A DNA stretch of 61,576 nucleotides, the filler included, from Sphacelaria rigidula (Eukaryota): assembly GCA_964200075.2 (NCBI GenBank). It is 5 parts of 5 records of this genome, joined end to end, with 100 filler letters (N's around TTAATTAATTAA, not from the genome) between each part and the next. Parts side by side here need not be neighbours in the genome. Positions count along the whole stretch, not along the records: positions 49,342 to 61,576 come from CAXNAA020003974.1; 4 more parts are not named here. One strand, written 5' to 3'. Position numbers and translations under genes: made by a program. A model generated the notes under the pieces. The model was not told the origin of the DNA, ran no database searches, and was given only the letters and a program-made list of their open reading frames with translations. Shown here in pieces: positions 53,204 to 61,576 of this stretch (positions within the stretch are counted from its first letter, which is position 1; each line of letters opens with the position of its first letter).

Positions 53204-56200
53204 CTAAAGAAACGTACATAAAAAACGGTTGATACTCGATTTGACTTGGTTTCGGACTATGGTAAGTTCTGAGAAAAATAATGATCTGGGGCAAGTTCTG
53301 AGTGGTGAGCAGTAGAACCAGGTCGTCCAGAACGTGTTTTGGTCCAAAATCGGCTCAAAGGCGTCGATTCGAGTTCTTGTAACGCACGCTTTAGCTACGA
53401 AACTGCACCCCCCTTGCCCGAGAGTTCTCGGTATGCCTTGGTCTACGTTAGTGCTAAGGTTAGCGTTAGGGTTGGGAGCATCTTCATAGCACCAACCATT
53501 GTTTATGTACATTTCTTCAAGCCCCCTCGGTGAGGTACTTGTGCAGGGATGCATCCTTGTCACAAGGACCTTCTTGCGCCGGTACTTCACACAGGTGCAT
53601 CCTCTGAGGAAACTCTCTGTTACGGGTTGCATCACCACAGGGATTTGGTCACCCCCCTGCGCTTGTCGAGCACAGCTGACGGACAGTGAGAACGTTGGTG
53701 TATATATATTGTGCAATATACATGCTGTGCTCGTGATGTAACCTGAGTTCGAGATTACCAACCGGAATGGAAATCTTACGATATTCTATAGATGTTGAGT
53801 ATGTGAATTTTATGTGATCACGTAGTTTCACGGCGTTTAAGCGGACAGCGACGTTTATCCAACGTGCATCTCTACTTGTCGCCATCATACTGCACTGCTG
53901 AAATGCGTGAGAGGACCGCGCCGCAGCCCAAAACACCCCAGGATCGACGTTTTTCGAAGCCAATCGGGCCAGTCCCTGCAGGGACCACGCCCGTGACCCT
54001 AACTCTAACCATACGGATGTTCAAACGCCGATGCGGTCCAATGAGTACATGGTCCTCTCACGCATTACTGTGCGACACAACACATGAATGGGTTGCAGAG
54101 GGCAACTAAAGCGCATGTCAATTGATGTACGGTGACCTTTGCGGGTGAACGACATTGCCCACGAAGAAAACACGCAACGATCAAGTACTACCTGCCTAGT
54201 GTTGGCGGCATGGGTTTTGATACAATGATGTTCCGCATTACCTTGATCAACGAGTGGTACACAGCTATCAGTCGACGGACGTGTGGCTTGACCGTCGAGC
54301 GTGCACCGAACCACAACCGCCACGTACACGGCTGCTGTGCGGAGGTGTCGTTTTGCGGGCGCTGCTTCTGCGACTTATCCGTGATGCGATCGTTTGACGA
54401 ACTTGGTCAACTATGCATCACACTCCTGCCGGATAAATGGTATCTAGTTGGAGTCGATTTTTCCCGAGGAATTCGAAGCATATGATGTGCGGCGTCTGCA
54501 CGGTTCTATGTCTATTCTATCTTCTTTCCTCTTGTCGTATTGATTCTTGATCTGATCATGCATGCCATAGTCATGGAAGAGGGGGGGAGGCGAATTTCTC
54601 AAAACAACGGTAAATTTTGAGAGTGGGAAGTCGATCGTACAAGTGCACATCTGACGCCGCGGCTGCCACGAACCCAACTTGACACCGACGTTTCCTTTTA
54701 TCTGCTTCCGGCGGCCAACCGGGCTATACTCTTGCATACGTTTTTTCATCAGCACTCCAAAGTGACGGAGTCGGAAGACATTTGGAGAAGATGCAGGTCG
54801 CACCCGGGCCACAACCCCCAAGTTGGTGCTGTCGGGTTGGTACGAAGTGAAGACCTCGTTTATCGGGGGTGTTGTGGAATTGTCACTTGTAACGTTCTAC
54901 GGCTCTCAAGAGGTTACTACATGTGGAGAGTAATACATCACATCCGTTCTCGAGCACGACCAAGATGAGTCGAAACGAGAGATAACTGTCCAGGTGAACA
55001 TGGAGTACAGGAACCATAATCTGGACAATGTATACGTTAGTCCGGCGAAATAACTGTCGGTGATTATAGGGGTAATCGCATAGGTTTGGGATATCCGAAC
55101 GAGCAATGAGATCCTTACTCTCATCGAACGAGCCATCGAAGGATCAGGAACGTAAACATAACACCCCCTTCAGTGACTTCTTCCGCGAGATTCACCACCA
55201 CGCTGATGCAGAAAAAGCGAGAGAAAGCTTTTCTATCCCACACTCTCTCACTTGTCGTCCGCACTTCCAACGAACGGTCTTGGAGTTGTTTTCCTTTTCC
55301 CCCGCTGCCTTGCTGGCAAAAGCTGCACAACATCTCAGCAGTGATGACAGCCCCCAACGTGCTAAGTTCACACATGCAATAGTAATTCCCCATCGACGTC
55401 GGTCGTCATCACCAAAGAGTATGTCGGCCGAGTCCTGCTTTGAGCTCACACGTTGAGGTGCAGGCACCGTACTACACGCTAGAGCAGCACGCCATCACGA
55501 GCTCAAAGTGTGCAACTAGCAACCGTCGTAATCTGGAACCAGGAACGTTCTAGCTTCAAAGCACTTGAACCCAGTAGCTGGGCAGCAATGCCATGTCGGC
55601 AGACCACAACCGAAGTGAATCCAGGACCATTGTGATATCTTCCCCATCAACCATTCTTTCGACCGAAGCGTGAGGTTCCTCCTTGTGCTGTGAGTCTTCG
55701 ACGGCGAGGGTAGTCCATCTGGATCATGCATACTTTTTTCAAGCGGAAATAATGCCAACTCAACAGATGACTTACTCTCGGTGTCTGAGGGTCAAGGCAT
55801 TCCGTACCGTCTTCCGTCTTCCAGGGGTCTTGACGGCCGGAGGTCGGGAGGGAGAAGAGAAAACGCCCACAATTTCGAAGAACTGCGATCGGTCGAAGTA
55901 CGTTTTTGCCCTCAGCGCCACCGTTGTGATCTTGACCGAACGCCTGACTACGTCGCCCTCAAGAGTCGCCCATGGCGGTTTGCGTGGTACCACGTACGCG
56001 GCTAATTGGTGGGTATTGTAAGAGGTGTTTGACGCTAATAATTGAAGTTGTAGTGATGAGCGTGTACAAGCCCACATTTCGATGGCACCGCTGACATAAC
56101 CCTGCTCGGCATAAAGTTCCATCGCACACCGCCAGCAAGACCCCGAAACCAGGGACCTATACACTTCAATCAGTGAAATGCCGGTCGTGACACTGTACTG

Positions 56201-57500
56201 ACACCCAGATGCTGTCTCGAAGCATCGCACCAGCTAGGCGTTAAGTCCCTACGGTATCACGCTGAATGATTGACATGTTGACAAATCCCCTTTTATGTTT
56301 TGAGATGTTTGCCGAATAGGGAGGCGAGGGAGTCACAGCTTTGATCACCGGGGGTAGTTCTTTTCATCCCTTCCCCTTCGTGCGCTGCATTTTTAACCCG
56401 TCGTCGTCGTCGCCGTCGCCGTCACGTGATGTATTTTTCGACCTCGAGCTCTTTATCGGGAACACCTGGTAATTCCATTAGACCTGTCGATGAACATATC
56501 TCCAATTCATCTTTCGAACGATCTTTCGAACGACGCGAGTTTCCACGTCGCTGGCAAGCCGATTCCGAGGGAGTCGGACTAAAAAACCTACACCGCCGAG
56601 TTGATGACTCCCTAAATTCTGGTGAAGGGTGCATAGGCTGAGGAGCCTTTCTCGCAATGTGTTGTTCCGCGATATGGTACGGAGCTTCGTGGGTAGGAAA
56701 CGAGAGCGGCACGGCTTCCGTGGCGAAAATGAAAACTGCGCATTATTCGTTGCCTTCCGGTAGTTCCGATACTCGAAAATGCGCTCGCCAACTATGCGGC
56801 TTCCGTCAACCACCTCAGCAACTCAACCTTTCAAAGCTTGGCAGTAACATCGACATCACACGAATTCCCACATTTCTGACGGTATATCATAACAATGATG
56901 CGTCCTCATGTGTTTTGGCGGGAATATCGATCAGGTTGTCCACCTGGCTCGACACCGCCCCCGCTGGAGATCGTGCTGTACACTGAAGTGAGAGACGACG
57001 ATGATTCTTCTCTCTGGTTCTCAGCGAACCTTGCAATCGTCGAGCCTGGTGGAAAGAACTCCACCGCTGGATATGGGGTGAGTGATTGTCGCACATGAAC
57101 CTTTTTTATTACAGCTCTGTGCATGGTACCGTACTCTGAATATCGAACTTTCAAAGACCGTGGTGTTGCAATCTGGTGAGTCTACAAACCATGACTTATT
57201 GCGGTATTGTAAATCATCCTGTAACATTAAATATCTGCAGTGGTATTCTACTAGCGTAGTATGCTCCTTTTTCATATCGTAAAGGTCGGCATATATGCTT
57301 TTTTCGTTGACACGAAAAATACGACACGTACCGAGACTGATCGACAAGCCCATGACTGAACGTGTACTTGCTTTCGGGGAAGATTTTCGACTGGATTTTT
57401 CAGGAGCAGACAGTCTCGGGTGCCGGCAAACGTCCAGCGACGCGAAGTGACGTTTGACAGTGCGCACTTTTTCGAGGAGAGACCAACAACAACCCATGCC
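53204..57500 (-). pseudogene. Decayed intronless coding-like block of unknown origin
   Basis: A chain of 70-185 aa minus-strand ORF pieces with protein-like composition, broken by stops and frameshifts. None of the SINE, LINE or MITE families seen elsewhere occur in it, and I saw no convincing splice pairs. Confidence 0.35.
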
Positions 57501-58121
57501 CGAGGGATCTTGATATGTGTTGGGTGAAGGCGAGAGCTAGCCCTTGTTTGAGCCAGACACAGTGTAATATAATAGCCTCATGGAAATTGTAGACCAGTCC
57601 ACGACACGCACCAAAAAATGTTAGGAAGCCGACGAAACCTCAAAACGTCAAATCGTGTGCCCGAGGATAAAACACTTGAGTGTTGACCAAACTACAACAC
57701 TACCCAGTGTAATGATTTTCCGGAAACCGGTTGGAACATACAGACACCTCACCCGAGGTTATCTGAACTGTGTGAGTAACAGACGAAATCCACGTTTCGA
57801 CCTCGCTCCGCCTGATATGACGACGGTACCACCACACACCGACCATAATATTTCATGACACTCTCATGACTCAATGACATCGTCGGTGTGTCCTGGTCTC
57901 AAATTTGATGATGATAATGATGATGATGGTGAATACCGACTTGCGCTTCAATGGCTTGATGACGCGTTTTTACATATGCATCAGTCCACACGAAGACACT
58001 CTGCTCCATGAGTTCCACATGTTTACATGGAAGATGTCCGTTGTTCGCAACAGCGGTCAAAAAAGATGAGCAACACTCTTCCCTGACTAGTACAACCTCG
58101 ACTGCCCACACATCTGTTCAG

Positions 58122-58428
58122 ACGCCGGAAAGTATTCTCGACGTCGGAGCGATAGGCTCCCACTCTGAGTATGATGGTGGGTCGGACAGAAAGTTCGAGA
58201 CCTACATGCTGTTCAACGGTCTCTCTGTCGACATTGATCCTGTCCTTGGAGACTACACCGTGTGGACCGTGAACGGAAACCCTGGCAAAGACTATACAAT
58301 CGCCGTTCGCTTGGGGGGCGAACTTGTGCTGGAGGAAAATGGATCTTCCGATTCCGAAGGCCAATCTCCAAAATTCACGGTCACCGTGACTGACTACTAC
58401 GACAGTGACTGTACGTTGAAGCTGCACG
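58122..58428 (+). CDS. Internal exon of an unidentified protein (acidic, probably beta-rich domain)
   Basis: ttcag| TPESILDVGAIGSHSEYDGGSDRKFETYMLFNGLSVDIDPVLGDYTVWTVNGNPGKDYTIAVRLGGELVLEENGSSDSEGQSPKFTVTVTDYYDSDCTLKLH G|gtgaga. Open frame with many C/G-ending codons. Confidence 0.7.
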
Positions 58429-59479
58429 GTGAGAAGAGTCAACATGAACGGTTGGTTGGAGTAAGGCACTGTGCCTTACGGTTCTCAAGATTATTTCCGT
58501 ACCGAGTACAGCTGGGTGGGTGACATGAGCTTTCAAAGAGAGCCGGATTCAGACGCTGTTCGGAGGGGGTAATCATCTCAGTGAATGCGGTGCGTTTCGA
58601 CACTTTTAGAGAGCATATAGTGGTGCCCACGATACCTTTCTAAGAAAAGGGCGTTCGACATCAGCACCGATCACCGTGCAGTTACCGAGAAACACGCGTT
58701 TCAGAACAACACCGCGGTGTACCGTGGTACGTTGTGAAAATCAGGCCAGCATTTATATCAGACACCGTATCCAGCCACTGAAAAAACCACACGGGTCTGA
58801 CCGGACGATCCCGGACGTATTGGAGGCTCGGACAGCACGGCTATCTAGATGAGGTTTGTACTGATGCATGCTATGTGCATCTGCCCACATGCTTTTTGTT
58901 TGTCGTGCCGCACGCGCGCAGGTTATTGCCCGGCATATGCCATCAGCCCCAACGGCAGGCCCCCCTGCACAAAGTGCCCGCGAGGACAAATTTCATCATA
59001 TAGCGCCGACTTGGGATTTGTATGCGAGCTGGCAGGTACGTGCAGCTATTTCGGTAGGAGGTGAAGGACAGCGGGAAAATAATACACTCACGTCTATGAT
59101 GTTTGTTATTTCAAATGTCCTGTTGTTGAGTAATTTCCGAATATCCACAGTATACCATCAATGCCATTTCGGTGTTTTTGACCAACACGGTGCCCGAAGA
59201 CAAAGATTTCCCGCCCACAGCGACATGAACATCACCTGTGAGCTGACAACAAGTATAAGGCTATTGTTGTTGACAGGTCGAGTACTCGAGTCGTTGCTCG
59301 TGGTGGAGAAGTAAACGACTCGAGCACACGAGGCACTGCTCGTGACTTACGCGAAGGAGGCAGCGATCCGACAAGCAAATGATTATAATGAGCTCTTTGA
59401 CGATCTTGGGCCTAAAATCTTGAAGTTCATGTGCATATTTGCACGTACAAGAGTCAAGCTCCGAAGCTGGTACTCATTC

Positions 59480-59970
59480 CAGCCTGGCCCGACGAGAACC
59501 CGGCGTGCTCCGTCCCGGCTTTGTAGGGGCGGACCCCCGATGAGGTTGGCACCACTTGGCGATGACGCCATCAAACACGCCACTCAATGCGCGAGCTGGG
59601 CAACCAGGTTCCCGATGTTTCTCACGCGCTTGCGTTTGTTTTGGGGTAAACATGATGGTATTCGAGGTAGGTCATATTGTGCGGCGTGGGAGAACCTCAA
59701 CTTTGCACAATATGGATGATTGTACCACGCAGTGTTGAAATGGTGAGACACCCATGAGGCAGTGTTCAAGCCGTGGCTGTCTCAGGAAGTGGCGATACCA
59801 GAAAATGAAGCAACTCGTTGGAGGCTGTCATCCAAATGCAAGATAATCAGTAGGCTTCGGGCCGAATACTCTCAGCAGGATGCAGCTCACCCTCGCGACT
59901 CGCCGAACACACCGCGGCGCTTCGCGCTTGGTGATGGAGTCCGAGCCTGGTCCGGCGAAAATCCGGAGCG
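59480..59970 (+). mobile_element. SINE-like family B pieces inserted in a gactcgagcacacgagtca-motif element
   Basis: 59480-59710 matches 48980-49230, and 59893-59970 matches the reverse complement of 12155-12228. Flanks 59280-59345 and 59980-60100 carry repeated actcgagcacacgag motifs. Confidence 0.6.
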
Positions 59971-61576
59971 CTTGTACAGGGCGAGCACCCGAGTCATTTA
60001 TCATTGCGGGAAAATGGGTGACACGAGCAGACGAGTCATTGCTCGTTGTATTTTCGTTGTAAAACAAATCAATGACTCGAGCACACGAGTCATTCTCGTT
60101 GTGTTTTCCAAACACATCCACGAGTGCAATCGTTTCGTTAAGTAGTGACTTGTCCGACGTGTGCAGCGTATATACCGGACAGCTCTCGAAAGCGCCGCGT
60201 TGGTAGTCCTGAAGACGTGTCCAAAAGTGAAGGTTCGAAGGAGAAACGTGACGCTTCACTGTTGGAGAAGCCCGAACGCATAGTCCGACACGACAGAAAC
60301 ATTCGGAGATGTCAGGAAAAACGGTGTCGATGACAACGCATTTAAAAGGATTTCCGCCCTACGCCTCTTTCGAGCTTGAACCTTTAGTCGTGGTTTACTC
60401 ATGAGCCGATGTAATGGGACAGAGACGGGTGTGAAGTGTACCTCTTGGTGTTGACGAACATTTTCCTTCTTGTGGGACCTCGGTACTGCAGAGGACGTAT
60501 ACCTACTCGCACAAAATCGAAGATTTTATAAATCGAACAAACGGCACAGTACTGGAGGCGGTTTCCGAAAAAGGATCCGTTCGAAAACCGTAATTTCAGA
60601 GGCAAGTATCATGTGACGCGCTCCCTCAGTGTGCTTCCATCTGGCGTCTTTGAATCGTTTGATCATGATCAGACCATCCCCGCCGGATGCGTTCGAGCTT
60701 CTCATCCAATATTTTCCCATCTCTATTTCTCAAGTGTATGTTCATGAGGACGTGAGTAACGAAACGGACTTGTTCGATTGAGATTATACGATTAGAATCG
60801 ACGCGGTGACCAAGTGCTGATCCAACTTGTACACTGTACCTTTGATCTCACTGAGCTCTCGTACGAGTCTCGCAGGTTTTAATCGTATCATCCATTCTGC
60901 AGACGTTGGCCGTGTCGCTCGTTCATACAGTTTAGTTCCGTGGGTATCGTATGGTTAAATACCTGCGACCCCAGGTGAGAAGACTCTAAATACGCCCCTA
61001 CTAATTCCCGTCCCGCTACCCGCCCCCGCACCGTCCTTGGTCTTGCGACGCCATCTGCAATCTCGTCGGTAACATTTTGTTATCGTCCAGCACTCCAGTT
61101 TGCTTCGGTCCCGGAAGCCGTGAAGGACGCCATCGTGGCCGATGTGAGTGTCCTAGCAAACATGATATGCAAACGCCACGGTGACGGTGTTACCCACCGC
61201 GGTTTTTACACGTACAGAGATTAGGGTCCGGTGGGCTGGGTCATACCTCCCTTGTGTGTCTCTTCGATTTCAGGATATGGCTCACTGTCTCAAAGCTACC
61301 ATGTGCACTACACCCTTGGAGCAGTACGACAACCAGATATATTCTCAGTCTTTCATCGTGAAACATGGGTGCACATTGAATGGTCATGAGTACCCACGAC
61401 CAATCACGGGTAATCCACGCCGCCGATGGGTGGACAAGTTTGTTCAGAAGGGATCGGTGTTCATGGTACTGATGACCAGTGTAGCTAAGTACGACTTGCA
61501 GGGTCCGTGTGTGTGTTGTGTTATCGTCCCATCTATTCTGGGCACCAGTCTACATCTTTCGATATATGTGGGTGCA

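Noticed and set aside
53649..53963. Fanzor/TnpB RuvC-I motif (NVDPGVF)
   Set aside because: No downstream RuvC-II Glu context, CxxC zinc finger pair or RDxNAAxNI motif; a three-residue match is insufficient.
61465..61510. Hammerhead ribozyme core (ctgatga)
   Set aside because: No stem II followed by GAAA. Other ctgatga sites checked (34871, 50413, 52630) also lack the required helices.

Overview
Eukaryotic, intron-rich genomic DNA, most likely from a brown alga (Phaeophyceae). This is inferred from gene style, the LINE, SINE and Copia families, and gene content. The window is not one locus. It is five contigs of near-identical length (1-12236, 12337-24571, 24672-36906, 37007-49241, 49342-61576) joined by 100-nt N44-TTAATTAATTAA-N44 linkers, so nothing can be inferred across the joins. 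Contig 1 carries the 3' nine exons of a GH95 alpha-L-fucosidase with two large insertions beside the predicted catalytic residues. Contig 2 is mostly decayed mobile DNA (Ty1/copia, a LINE, MITEs, minisatellites, a decayed unknown ORF) plus two orphan exons. Contig 3 is gene-dense: a divergent proteasome beta-4 (PSMB2-like) gene, an ankyrin/poly-Asn/EF-hand-like gene, and the first exon of a SPATA20/YyaL (DUF255) gene. Contig 4 has exons of a TMC/OSCA-like membrane protein with SINE-filled introns. Contig 5 has one clear exon of an unknown protein and a ~4.3 kb decayed, intronless, coding-like block I could not identify. Gene models were built by hand from splice signals and phase matching; no database search was run. 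I found no demonstrably new system. The best leads are the GH95 active-site insertions, the unidentified 53-57.5 kb block, a LINE/SINE pair sharing a C-rich 3' tail, and the divergent beta-4 subunit.
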